DNA of 64,000 bases from Octopus vulgaris (GCA_951406725.2 OX597838.1:12090001-12154000); one strand, 5' to 3'; counted from the stretch's first letter, positions 41,767-56,544 are shown. Made by a program: numbers and translations. The notes: generated by a model from the letters alone, not told the origin.

Positions 41767-42700
41767 TTACAGCCCCCGACACATCTCTTTGTGTTTGGAG
41801 CAGTCGACCTTGAGGTGCTGATCGCTCCCACAAAAGTAGCACCTCGGCCATCTGCCCTCCACGGCCCCGTGCAGTCTCGTGCCGTCTGGCAAATTTATGG
41901 CGTCAGGGATAGAATTTAGGGCATCTTGTTCAATTTGAACAAGAAGTTCCAATCCTTGACTCATCCAATTTTGTTGGTGCAATTTATGCACCTCCAGTAT
42001 ATTGGTGGTTTCTTCTATATCATAGAGGACAGCCGCCACCAGCCAGCATATATTTGTCTCAGGGGCACCTCCGCAATTTTAATTTTTGTAACGCGCCGAC
42101 CAAGATATGTCGGTACGACCAAGATATGTCAGTCCTCCGATATTAGTGGCGTTGTGGAATGCTTTCTTGCTTCTTCCTCCATTGCGAAGCGCACTTCCAC
42201 ATTGCCGAATCGTTTTCTCCTTGTCACATAAGTTTTGTTTTGCCATATCGGTTTCAGTATCGGCTTCCATATCGGTTTCTAGCTGTTGTTGTCTTGCTGT
42301 TTCCAAAGCCGTTTTTTTTTCATGTTTATACATTTCTATGTGATTGAATGTGATTGTTTTACGGCTGGTGTCCATTATGATTTCTTTTGGGGTATTTAGT
42401 GAGACATTATTGCCTTGTTTCACTAACAGCTCCTTTGAATTTTTTAAATCCTCTAATGCGAGGTTTAATTTTTCTCGCATTTGTTTCGCCGCGCAAGCGA
42501 AAGCATGTCTGCTTGATTTGTCATTTTCGCTCTCATGCTGGTATTTTCTTCGTTATTTTGCTTGTCCTTACTTTGCTTGTTCATGTCGGCGGTGACATTG
42601 GCGGCGTCTACTTGACTTTTCGTTCTTTCTTTTTCTGTATCAATCGTGGTGAAGGTGTTATGAGTGAATTTCGTACAACTACTTGTGGTGTTCAGAGTCG
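41767..42700 (-). mobile_element. Degenerate Tx1/L1-type ORF1 (gag-like) with CCHC zinc knuckle
   Basis: Coiled-coil-like N-terminal part, then WLVAAVLYDIEE...IPDAINLPDGTRL..AVEGRWPRCYFCGSDQHLKVDC (CX2CX4HX4C). Frameshifted. Confidence 0.75.
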
Positions 42701-42867
42701 GAAATTCTGGATCTTTACCTTTGACCGGCAGATTTATAAAATAATGTTTTGTAACTAAGCACTTGCAAACTTCGTATACTGGTAGAATGTGTCATACAAA
42801 ACATCTTTTACTCTCAGCGTTCTTTAGAAAAGTTTTTGTTTGCGAAGTTATTTCGAGTAAAAAAGTT

Positions 42868-42962
42868 CTCGTATTTCGGCGGAATGTGAACGCAGAACGT
42901 AAAGACGGGCGAAATACCGCTAAGCATTTCGCCCGGTATGTTAACGATTCTACCATCTTGCC
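42868..42962 (-). mobile_element. Head fragment of Nin/Deu SINE
   Basis: TCGGCGGAATGTGAACGCAGAACGTAAAGACGGGCGAAATACCGCTAAGCATTTCGCCCGG matches 20310-20400. Confidence 0.8.
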
Positions 42963-43145
42963 GGAAGAAGAAGAAGAAGAAGAAGAAGAAGAAGAAGAAG
43001 AAGAAAGAGAAGAAGAAGAAGAAGAAGAAGAAGAAGAAAGAGAAGAAGAAGAAGAAGAAGAAGAAGAAGAAGAAGAAGAAGAAGAAGAAGAATTAAAAGG
43101 ATTATAATTTTAATAAATATAAGTAAATAAATAAATGCTGGAAAA

Positions 43146-43323
43146 CACCACTTGACAACCGTACTGGTTTGTTTACATCCTCGTAACTTAGCGCCTCGGC
43201 AAAACAGACCGAGAGAATAAATACCTGGCTTAAAACAAGTACTGGGGCTGACTCATCCGCCTAACATTTCTTCAGGGCCTTGCCCCAGCATGGGCGCAGT
43301 CCAATGACTGAAAGAAGTAAAAG
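43146..43323 (+). mobile_element. Partial CORE-type SINE (3' part)
   Basis: CTTGACAACCG...CGTAACTTAGCG..TCGGCAAAA.AGACCGA...GCAGTCCAATGACTGAAA. Confidence 0.8.
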
Positions 43324-43525
43324 TCGTTAGCGAACACGGATACCAATACTACTAAACCCACGACTAAAGCACCATAGCAACCACCATCACGTCCGCCACC
43401 AACACCTCCAGCTCAACTTCCACGCCATCATCTCTACACCCACCACCACCACAACCACCACCACCACCACCACCACCACCAGCATTTCAATTACGATCAG
43501 TACCATCATTACGTAAGCATGCAAC

Positions 43526-43587
<62 letters not shown>

Positions 43588-43612
43588 TATCATCATCATT
43601 ATCATCATCATC

Positions 43613-43715
<103 letters not shown>

Positions 43716-44328
43716 CCATCTTCAGCAACATCACCCTCTGCCCCACCTCCATTCCCATCCTTTAGAGTCAGCACCATAACCACGTCCGGACCATGCAACA
43801 CTTTCCGTCACCAGCCTCCGTGCATCTTCTCTCGGCCATCTAACTAATACACCCCCCCCACCACCACCACCACCGTTCCCAACACCATCTCCGTCATTCT
43901 TGAAAGATTATTCTGTGCAGATCGAATAATTATTATGATTACACAGAAACAATTTCCATTGGTTACTTTAATGGAAGGAGAAATGGCTGCCGGGGTGGCC
44001 ATGGTTGGACATGGAAATTACTCATTTAACTTACTTCCTCACCTCCGCTTCTGTCATCGACATCGTCTACATCATCATCATTACCATCATCATCACCACC
44101 ATGATGATAACCATCATCATGATCATCATCAACATTATCGCCACCACCACCACCGGCAGCACGAACACTGCTACCATCACCATCACCACCATCATCGTCC
44201 TCTTCATCACCATCACCACGTTCACCAACTCTCAATACCACTGCCATCACCATCATCACAGCCATCATAATCATCATCACCATCTCCACCCCCAGTATCA
44301 CCTTCGCATCCTTTTAGAATTAGAAGTC

Positions 44329-44384
<56 letters not shown>

Positions 44385-44386
44385 TG

Positions 44387-44450
<64 letters not shown>

Positions 44451-44554
44451 TGATGATGATGATGATGATAAGTGTTTTGATGATAATTACGACAACCATG
44501 TTGTCGAGGATGTTGATTATTATTATTATTATTGTCATTATTATTATTATTACT

Positions 44555-44586
<32 letters not shown>

Positions 44587-44615
44587 TATTATTATTATTA
44601 TCATCATCATCATCA

Positions 44616-44691
<76 letters not shown>

Positions 44692-44807
44692 CATCATCAT
44701 CATCATTATTATTATCATTATTATTATTATTATTATTATCATCATCATCACCATCATTATTATTATTATTATTATTATCATCATCATCATCATCATCATC
44801 ATCATCG

Positions 44808-44844
<37 letters not shown>

Positions 44845-44858
44845 TATTATTATCATTA

Positions 44859-44930
<72 letters not shown>

Positions 44931-45234
44931 GGAGGTAATAAACGGTAACAAGGATAACATACCTTGCCTTCAGCCTACAGTGTACAGTCAGAGTAGGTCC
45001 TTTTAGACTCACCAATTTCGACTCCACCACTCACCCACCCTCTCCGTAATGACTACAACAAAAGCAACAGCGAAACTCTGGTCTCTCTCTCTCTCTGTCG
45101 TTTTGTCTCGGTGTTATATAACTTCTTTAGAGTGAATAAATATAAATACATACATATACACACACACGCATATAATAATATATATAGATGTATATATATA
45201 TATGTCCACATATACATGGATATATCTATGAATG

Positions 45235-45285
<51 letters not shown>

Positions 45286-45312
45286 ATGCACGTATAAATT
45301 CGTGTTTTTTAG

Positions 45313-45729
45313 TACTCTCTCTTTTACTTGTTTCAGTCATTTGACTGCGGCCATGCTGGAGCACCGCCTTTAATCGAGCAACTCGACCCCGGGACTTATT
45401 CTTTTGTAGGCCCAGTACTTATTCTATCGGTCTCTTTTGCCGAACCGCTAAGTAACGGGGACGTAAACACACCAGCATCGGTTGTCAAGCAATGCTAAGG
45501 GGACAAACACACACACACAAACACAGACACAAACATACACACGCATATATATATATATATACATATATACGACGGGCTTCTTTCAGTTTCCGTCTACCAA
45601 ATCCACTCACAAGGCTTTGGTCGGCCCGAGGCTATAGTAGAAGACACTTGCCCAAGGTGCCAAGCAGTGGGACTGAACCCGGAACCATGTGGTTTGTAAA
45701 CAAGCTACTTACCACACAGCCACTCCTGC
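45313..45729 (-). mobile_element. Near-full-length CORE-type SINE
   Basis: Reverse complement of the 34190 family. Confidence 0.93.
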
Positions 45730-45879
45730 ATAAAGACAGCTAATGGTTGGCTGAAGATTGTGACTTCGAAGTTTTGCTCGACGTGTGGTTTATTCAAACT
45801 GTTTAAATAAGGCATATTCCTGGGAAAAGTTCCAAGTTTCAATACATATCAATATCATTAACGTATATATGTATATATA

Positions 45880-46042
45880 GGCGCAGGAGTGGCTGTGTGG
45901 TAAGTAGCTTGTTAACCAACTACATGGTTCCAGGTTCAGTCCCACTGCGTGGCATCTTGGGCAAGTGTCTTCTACTATAGCCTCAGGCCGACCAATGCCT
46001 TGTGAGTGGATTTGGTAGACGGAAACTGAAAGAAGCCTGTCG

Positions 46043-46107
<65 letters not shown>

Positions 46108-46329
46108 TTGTGTGTCTGTGTTTGTACCCCTAGCATTGCTTGACAACCGATGCTGGTGTGTTTACGTCCCCGTCACTTAGCGGTTCGGCAAAAAGAGACC
46201 GATAGAATAAGTACTGGGCTTACAAAAAAGAATAAGTCCCGGGGTCGATTTGCTCGACTAAAGGCGGTGCTCCAGCATGGCCGCAGTCAAATGACTGAAA
46301 CAAGTATAAGAGTAAAAGAGAGTAAAAGA
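45880..46329 (+). mobile_element. Full-length CORE-type SINE
   Basis: Same family; head-to-head with 45313-45729. Confidence 0.93.
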
Positions 46330-46614
46330 TAGATGTGGGTGTGTGTGTGTCTATGCATATGTTTATATGTATGTATGTTTGTGTGTATGTATATGTACGT
46401 ATAAATGTGATTTTTGTCAGAAAATCATCTGAACTTCCAAAAGTGATATAAAAGATTAATTTAATTTAATTTCAGTGTATTTTCTTTTTTTATTCCAGTT
46501 GATGGAATCTCTTTCAAGTGATTGAAACCGGTAACATATTTTGGTAAAAATAAAACTTCTTAAACCCATAATAAACTACTCAAAGCATTTTCATCTTTTC
46601 ATAAACTGTATATA

Positions 46615-46755
46615 TAAGGTTGTCCCAAAAGTTCGTAGAAAGTCCTGGAAAATAATGGTCTTTATTTTGAGGAATAATTTTTGTTGTTTTTGTTAGTACT
46701 TGGCGAGTAAAAATTCAATTTTCGCAAGTGTTTACGAACTTTTGGGACAACCTAA
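46615..46755. mobile_element. Mariner-derived MITE (~140 bp)
   Basis: TIR AGGTTGTCCCAAAAGTTCGTA / TACGAACTTTTGGGACAACCT, flanked by TA. Confidence 0.9.
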
Positions 46756-47096
46756 TATATAGATTTACCGTTTTGTAACCTCTTAACCTCTCCAATATCA
46801 TATACAACACGTGGAACAGAAAATGCCAGCAAAAACTGGAGCATCAAGTTTTGTTGGAAATGTATAAATTCTGAAGGAATTATAGACAATTTATATAAAC
46901 CTCATATGTTCTACTCGAGAAAACTTTCGGAGAATGGAAGCAAGAACTATAATATCCCAACATATTTGTCAATAAGTACCAGACTTTAGATAAAGATGCC
47001 GATCTGATGAACCCAAACCTATCAAGACTACCCCACGATGGTCACAATCCAACGACTGAAAGAAATAAGAATATAAGACGCTATTACTACTAATTC

Positions 47097-47127
<31 letters not shown>

Positions 47128-48247
47128 ATTGCTGCTGCTGCGGCTGCTACTGCTACTGCTGCTACTACAACTACTAAATGAAAGTTGGGATTAATAGAGT
47201 TCGTAGGTGATAGTGTGATGAAATATATAATGGGAAGCAAAGAAAGGAAATACGGAAAGCAAAACAAGACAGCAGAAGAGATAGAAAGAGAGAAAGGAAA
47301 GAGGGAAAGGGAGAAAGAAAGAAAAAAGAAAGGAAGAAAGGAAGAAAAAAGCGAGAGAAAGAAAAAACAAAGAAAAAAATGAATGACAGGAAAAAGGTGA
47401 GAAAAAAGAAACAAAGCAGAACAAAGAGAGAAAGAAAGAAGGAAAACAGAAAGAGAAGAAATCAACAAGAAGGGATCAGAGAAAAAGTAAGAAATGAAAG
47501 AAATTAGAAAATATAAAGAAAAATAAAACAATTAAAGACACTTGAATGACAAAATGAAAGGAAGAAATGAAATGGCAGAAACTGGGTGATGTCCTTTCAA
47601 AATGGCGACTATCTAAATGTCATTGGGGAAATTACAACAGGGTTTGTGGGTGTTTTGTATGGAAGTGTGAAAAGTAGACAAGGAAAGATAGGATATGTCA
47701 GAGGTTACAGAACTCCGAAAGACACTGTAAGTCAAACTTCGGTTTATCGAATACTAGTAATTGCTAATTTCGGATTATCCAACCAAGTCAAAGACAAAGT
47801 CCAGCGTATATTTAATTAGTCAGATATATTCAACTCGACCTTAATGTATTTCATAACAATCCCAGCTTTTGTTTAACAATGGTTTTAAAAGTGGATTTCA
47901 AATAACTGAACAAAACTTATGAACGTTACATGAAAGAGGCGTTACGAACCATACAATGGTGATTGCGTCGTCTTTAAGTTTACCGTTATCAAAAGGCCCA
48001 CACGTCGCTCGGTCGGACTGGAAGTTTGATCTTCGTTGATCCGTTCAAACAGTGTTCAAATAAGTTTAACAGATGCCTAATGATTTAAGCTTCCCTTGGT
48101 GACGGCATTCTAATTATAAACACGTTCGTAGGAGTCTATTGCAAGCCATCGCGTTTGTTGCTGTAAGCGTGTGACATGACAAAGTGAATATCAATGAAAT
48201 ACGAAACGGAAAAGCGATATTTGACAGGTTGTACGCCTGCCTCTCTG

Positions 48248-48329
<82 letters not shown>

Positions 48330-48595
48330 AATTTATCTGTCTATATTTCTAATTATCTAATCTATCTATCTATCTACTTATCTATCTATCTCTTTGTCTT
48401 CTATAATCTATGTCCTTTTATCTACCGAAGACTGTGGTGATATTTGGCTGACAACTGATGAGAGACGGAGCATATCTGCGTCCGTTTAGTGTTCTTTTCT
48501 GTTTATCTGTAACTTCCTTTGTTGTACTCCACTGCCACATTTTCATTGTATGTATGTGTGTTTGTGAGTATGTGTGTTAATATATATATATATAA

Positions 48596-49056
48596 TGGCT
48601 GTGTTGGGAAGCTTGCTTCTTCCCGACCACATGGTTCGAGTAGAATTCCAATGCACTTGGGTAAGTGTCTTCTACTATAGCGTCGAGCCAATCAGAGCCT
48701 TGCGAGTGGATTTGGTAGATGGAAACTGAAAGAAACCCGTCATATATATACATATAGGGGGAGAATTCACAAAAAAAAAAAAAAGACGAAGACAGGTGGT
48801 GTAGACAACAGATGTATTAGTATAACGCTCAGGAAGTGAAAAAGTCTTTAACGTTTCAAGGCTACGCTCTTCCACAGAAAGGAACGCAGAAAGAAACAAA
48901 GAGAGAAAAGAAAGAATGTACAGTGGCTAGCGATCTATCATATATATACATATATGTGTGTGTATGTGTGTCTTCGTTTCATTGCCCACCCGCTTGATAA
49001 CCGGTGCTGATATGTTTACTTTCCCGTAAGTTAACAACTCGGCAAAAGGCACCGAA
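48596..49056 (+). mobile_element. Old CORE-type SINE interrupted by a family-A element
   Basis: 5' half 48596-48755 and 3' half 48941-49056 flank the insert at the internal (TA)n. Confidence 0.8.
48757..48940 (-). mobile_element. Family-A hammerhead element nested in the SINE's (TA)n
   Basis: AAAAGACGAAGACAGGTGG...ACGCTCAGGAA. Motif at 48846-48881 (-): cttt-CTGTGGA-a-GAGC-gtag-CCTT-GAAA-CG-TT-aaag. Confidence 0.85.
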
Positions 49057-49061
49057 GGTAT

Positions 49062-49920
<859 letters not shown>

Positions 49921-50180
49921 TTTTTTTTCTTCTTTCAAATTTGCTTCCATTTCTTGCCGAGTGTCTTCCCGACTCCTAGGGCAAAGAAACTCATAGTATA
50001 CATTGGTAGGCCATTAAACCAAACTCAATAGTTCGTTCATTTTTTTTTTTTTAAGTTAAATTAAAATACATGAGCAGCAACAGTTCTCACATCGACAATG
50101 CTCTTCTCAATACGTGTGATATACCAGTTAAGACAATCTTTTGCACTTCTTGCAGGGATGGTAAGCCAGGGATCATTCTC
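49921..50180 (-). mobile_element. R4/Dong LINE 3' end (ORF C-terminus plus 3' UTR) in (TAA)n
   Basis: MIPGLPSLQEVQKIVLTGISHVLRRALSM* then UTR and (TAA)n. Confidence 0.88.
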
Positions 50181-50181
50181 A

Positions 50182-50238
<57 letters not shown>

Positions 50239-50265
50239 CATTATTATTATTATTATTACTATTAC

Positions 50266-50590
<325 letters not shown>

Positions 50591-50612
50591 TTATTATTAT
50601 TATTGTTGTTGT

Positions 50613-50683
<71 letters not shown>

Positions 50684-50866
50684 ACTACATACCACGTCTA
50701 CTGCTACACACCACGACTACACACCGTCAGTTCCTACATTACACCAACCACTACCACTATCACCATCGCCTCCACCAACACCTAAACAATCAGCAACGCT
50801 ACCGTCATCAACACCAACGACGCCATCACCGAAGCTTAGAATCTCTTGGAAAATTTGGTTCTTGTT

Positions 50867-50898
<32 letters not shown>

Positions 50899-51079
50899 CT
50901 CCTAACATCTTGAGAATTTATGTGGTTGAATGCAATGTGTAATGGGTTTGTTGTTATTGTACGTAGTTGTTGTGGATGTTGTTGTTGTTGTTGTTGTTGT
51001 TGGTGGTGGTGGTGTGGTGGTGGTGGTGGTGGTGGTGGCGGCGGCGGTGGTGTTGTTGTTGTTGCTGCTGTTGTTATTG

Positions 51080-51111
<32 letters not shown>

Positions 51112-51513
51112 GGTGGACGAATGGTGGTGATGGTGGTGGTGGTGGTGGTGGTGGTGGTGGTGGTGGTGGTGGTGGTGGTTGTGGCGGTGTTGTTGCTGTT
51201 GTGGTGATTTCAGTGGTTGCAGCGGTCACGATGATGATAATGACGACGATAACGATGATGATGATGATCATCATCATCATGATGGTGACGATGATCATGA
51301 TGATGGTAGTGCTGGTGATGATGATGAGAACGTTGATGATGACAACGATGATGATGCTGGTGATGATGATGATCGTAACGTTGATAATGGTGGTGGTGGT
51401 GATGAAGACGATGAAGATGAGGTGGGAAGATGAACTACAAAGTAATGAAGAGGCCAATGATGATGATGACGAGCATTATGATGCTGAAGATTTTGGTTAC
51501 GACGTTGATGATG

Positions 51514-51564
<51 letters not shown>

Positions 51565-52019
51565 ATGCTGATGATGCACAGTGCACCATTGCAACTTAAT
51601 CCGATTAAAGTTATTCGAAAAATTGACCGATTTGTTCGTTGGCAAACAATTGTTCACTGTTGTGAGAAAATATCATCCTCATCATCACCACCACTACTAC
51701 TACTACTACTACCACCATCACTACCATCATTATCATCATCAACATCGTCACCACCACCATCATCATCATTAGCATCAACATCATAAATACCATCATCTTC
51801 ATCACCGCTTGTAGTTTTTCTTTCTCATTCATCATTATCGCCGTCGACAACCACAATAACACCACCTCCTCCCCTTCCACCCCTTCCTCCCCTTCCTCCC
51901 CTCCTCCTCATCATCATCATCATCCATTACATCAATTTTTTTACCATTCTTTTTCTTCCTCCTCTCACTTGTATTTACTACTACTACTACTACTAATTTA
52001 CGTTATTGTTATTATTGCC

Positions 52020-52141
52020 GATGAGGTCGATTTGTCCTTTCATCCTTTCGGGGTCGATGAAATAACTACCAGCTGAGCACTGGGATCGATATAATCGATT
52101 ATCCTCACCCCCAAAATTGCTGGTCTTGTGCCTATGGTACA
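52020..52141 (+). mobile_element. Partial Nin/Deu SINE
   Basis: GAGGTCGATTTGTCCTTTCATCCTTTCGGGGTCGATGAAATAACTACCAG. Confidence 0.8.
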
Positions 52142-52183
52142 AAATTCTTCTTCTTCTTATTATTATTATTATTATTATTATTA

Positions 52184-52274
<91 letters not shown>

Positions 52275-52740
52275 TATTATTATTATTATTATTATTTTAA
52301 CACAGTTTTTGTTGAAACTTCTGGAATCTTGCAAGGCTATTTCTTGAAGTCGACGATTTTAAACTAACGGAGATAACACTTGTACATCGAAGAAACACAA
52401 CTAAATCTCATTATGCAAACAAACAGTTACATAATCAAATAGCTGTATTCTTGGAGATTTACATTGCGTCGAAAGAATTGTAGCGAACAAGAAAGAAATG
52501 TCCAATCGTCCCCCACTCTTCCTGACTCCCGTTTCTTCAATTTTATATTCACACACGGCGAATGCCCAAATTTAAACATGGAAGTATATAGTAATACTAC
52601 CAATACTAGTAGTTAATTCCGAATGTGGACGAGCTCTATACAGTACTCTAACGCATTCCTAACGGAATACAACTCAACTATGAGAGTCTGTGTGTGTGTG
52701 TGCATTTGTGTGAGTGTGTGTGTGTGTGTATGGATGCATG

Positions 52741-52794
<54 letters not shown>

Positions 52795-52824
52795 TTGTTA
52801 TTTCAAGTTATATATTCTAGAAAC

Positions 52825-53358
52825 TTATTATTTAACACACTCACCGGTAAAATTTCCACTTATTTCTTATTTTTGTTTTCTTAAAGTTTCGTTGCGTCTT
52901 GCAACCTTTTCAATAGTCTTGACTCTTTTCAAGAGTCAAGACTATTGAAAAGGTTGCAAGACGCAACGGAGTCAAGACTATTGAAAGGGTTGCAAGACAC
53001 AACGAAACTTTCAGAAAATAAAAATAAGAAATAAGTGGAAATTTTACCGGCGTGTGTGTTAAATTATAAGGCACAAAAAGAAAATGACTCTCTCCAGACA
53101 CAACAGAATATGCTTCAATACACGAACTCATATAAAGAATCTTGCAAACCAAATCCAAAAACGAAATATGTCTAGAAACAATTTACCGAAACCTCGATGT
53201 CACTGCCAAAGCTTCCTTGTAAAAGTTTTATATATACACTTATGCAAAGTAATCTTTTAAGTAACAACCTTCATTGATGCGTCTCTAAGTTATAGCATTT
53301 TAAGAAAAATATTACAGAAAGTGAATACTTCGTTGGGAACCCCAAATCGATGCAGCGA
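52825..53358 (+). mobile_element. Family-C Penelope-like element with ~100-bp 5' inverted duplication and U3-A8 hammerhead-like motifs
   Basis: Fold-back centred on 52928-52930, 36-bp tandem duplication at 52933-53004, motifs at 52880-52916 (-) and 52978-53014 (+). Confidence 0.82.
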
Positions 53359-53794
53359 CAGGTCCACGCGGCTCGCAAGTCAACGGTGGATCAGCCGTCA
53401 ATGTGGAATGTCGAATAGAATCTATAGATATAAATTGTAGTACACTAAAGCATTGATAGAAAACGGCGCTAAGGAACCAGAGATTCATATGTGCATTCAT
53501 GCATTCATGCATATATACATAGGTATATATATATATATATATACATACAAAGGGAGAGAGAAACAGAAATAAAGAGTAACATAAAGGCACACACAAGCAT
53601 ATATGTATGTATGTATGCATGTATGTACGTATGCTGTGCCAGTCGATAGTATTTCACTGGATATTACAATGTATTAAAATAATTTACTTTCGTACTTCTC
53701 GTATTTCTCAGCAGAGGAACCGTAATGCGGTTTTATTGCACCTATTTACTGAGTACTTGTAAATACAGGCAAACCTACATATATACATATATAG

Positions 53795-53861
<67 letters not shown>

Positions 53862-53891
53862 TAGATATACATATACATATATATATATGTA

Positions 53892-53938
<47 letters not shown>

Positions 53939-54143
53939 CACATATATATACACAACACAGTCTGCATAATAATTCATATACCTAAGCACACACATATGTA
54001 TGTGTGTGTGTCTGTGTGTGGATATGTATAACATATCATATTTATGTACATTTAATGTACATATATGTATATGTGTGTATGTGCGTGTGTGTGCGTGTGT
54101 TTGTGTTTGTGGAGGGTATCTGATATATATGTATGTATGTATG

Positions 54144-54196
<53 letters not shown>

Positions 54197-54540
54197 ACCA
54201 TATATTGGAACAGAGATGAATCTATAATTTTAGCGCCTCAAGAAACTATTATTGCAAAAGGATCTTAGCAACTCATATCGCATTAAGACGTTCTCAATTG
54301 GAAACCGATAATATACACTCGTTTACGCTCACATACATTCATATATATATATATATTATGATGTGTATATAAATATATATATACACACACAGCTTATCGT
54401 CTGCCCCCTTCATATAAATCTACTTATCTTGCAGTGTGTCTATAAAGCTAGGCTGTTCTTTCGCTGCATGTCCATGTGTTGTTTATATATGTAGGAATTT
54501 TATTTCTCTGTACACAGACATGACAGAAGTAAATAGACAC

Positions 54541-54915
54541 ACTATTGAAAAGGTTGCAACACGCAACGAAAATTTTAGAAAATAAAAATAAGAAATAAGT
54601 GGAAATTTTACCCGTGAGTGTGTTAACTAATAAGGCACTAAAAGAGAATGACTCTCCCCAGACACAACAGAATATGCTTCAACACACGAACTCATATAAA
54701 GAATCTTGCAAACCAAATCCAAAAACGAAATATGTCTAGAAACAATTCACCGAAACCTCGATGTCACTGCCAAAGCTTCCTTGTAAAAGTTTTATATATA
54801 CACTTATGCAAAGTAATCTTTTAAATAACAACCTTCATTGATGCGTTATAGCATTTTAAGAAAAACATTACCGAAAGTGAATACGTCGTTGGGAACCCCA
54901 AACCGATGCAGCGAT
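54541..54915 (+). mobile_element. Second direct copy of the family-C element
   Basis: High-identity direct repeat of 52977-53358. Confidence 0.9.
54542..54578 (+). ncRNA. Minimal hammerhead-like motif with covariant U3-A8 core
   Basis: cta-TTGAAAA-g-GTTGC-aacac-GCAAC-GAAA-AT-TT-tag; stem III palindrome AAAATTTT. Confidence 0.55.
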
Positions 54916-55144
54916 ACATCGTTTTGTGTTTATTCTAACTTACAAAGTTTTATATTTTTTTTTATTTGACATTTTTGTGTTTCAGGCTCTATATGTGACT
55001 GTTTAATCATGCCATGTACAAACCACTATTAGGGATAAAATTTCGAATGGAATGAAAAATAAAAAACATTTACCATCCATTGACTAACTCTTTTACACGC
55101 TAGGCTACTGGTAATGGAAATTTCTAATATTTCAGATTACCCTT

Positions 55145-55197
<53 letters not shown>

Positions 55198-55471
55198 CTA
55201 CACTTAACACCCTCATAAGCTGAGATACAGCATTTATATTCACGAGTTGCAATTCTGTGTTCGTTCGGTACAGCATTTTGATTACATACTTTTATGTGCT
55301 TCGGGAATCCAGATTGGCTGGAAAATTCCCAATCACATAGATTATATAATGGCTTAACTGGCTAGAAAGTGGTTGCATTCAGCTTGAAGCTTTTTCAGGG
55401 TGTTTGCATAGTTGACTTTCGAGGCCGGTTCTGAACAGGTAGACTCTTCTGAAGTCATGACACAAGTGCGT

Positions 55472-55519
<48 letters not shown>

Positions 55520-55520
55520 A

Positions 55521-55603
<83 letters not shown>

Positions 55604-56049
55604 CAAGCAATTTTCATAATAAAACGAAATTAGGAAAGAACCAACAAACCCAAAAATCAAACTAGATTATGCAACGGCCCCTCCTCTGCTTCTCATCCCG
55701 TCTTATCACGATTCCCGCCCCATATTTCCCTCAGGCTCTCCTAATCAAACCTTTCCCTTGAAATTTTTTCCGAATTAAATTTTCAGTAAAATAAAAAATT
55801 ATATCGATTTTATTGGTCAATCAGTTATCGATATTGTTAATCTGTTCCGTTTATTGAATTCAGGGATTTTTTTTTTTTATCGAAAAATTTCCTTTATTCT
55901 TTTTTTTAATCGATGGAAACCTAACCCAAACACCCTTTTATAACGGAGACTCACGTGCACACACATATATTTATACACACACACATATACAGGTACATAC
56001 ACATACGCGCATAAACAGGGACAGACTGCACAAAAATACGGACACATAC

Positions 56050-56087
<38 letters not shown>

Positions 56088-56099
56088 ATGCACATATAA

Positions 56100-56150
<51 letters not shown>

Positions 56151-56152
<2 letters not shown>

Positions 56153-56252
56153 CTTGCTTCCTAATCACATGGTCCCGGATTCAGTTCCACTACATGGCAC
56201 ATTAGGCAAGTGTCTTCTACTATAGCCTCGGGCCGACCAAAGCCTTGTGAAT

Positions 56253-56254
<2 letters not shown>
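56151..56254 (+). mobile_element. Partial CORE-type SINE (head/core)
   Basis: AGCTTGCTTCC..CACATGGT..TTCAGTTCCACT...GGCAAGTGTCTTCTACTATAGCCTCGGGCCGACC. Confidence 0.85.
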
Positions 56255-56290
<36 letters not shown>

Positions 56291-56359
56291 ATAGTAATGC
56301 AATACGAGAGTATTGCTTTCCAGTAAAGGATAGCCCGTGAGGGTAAAATTATACATATC

Positions 56360-56461
56360 AAAGTAAATAAATGGTACAACGAGGCACCGATATTTACTGG
56401 AAAATTACGTTCGCTATTTTCCAGTAAATATCGGTGCTTCGTTGTACCATTTATTTACTTT
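56360..56461. repeat. 46-bp-arm hairpin at the end of a (TA)n-embedded insert
   Basis: Arms 56360-56405 and 56416-56461 with one mismatch and a 10-nt loop. Confidence 0.93.

Positions 56462-56544
<83 letters not shown>

Noticed and set aside
47586-47819. ORF with faint SH3-like pattern (SFQNGDYLNV...GKIGYV)
   Set aside because: Lacks the conserved Trp and PxNY, and no acceptor is seen upstream. An HMMER search against SH3 models would settle it.
48455-48490. CTGATGA followed by a GACGGA/TCCGTT stem
   Set aside because: No GAAA or cleavage triplet follows, so it is not scored as a hammerhead.
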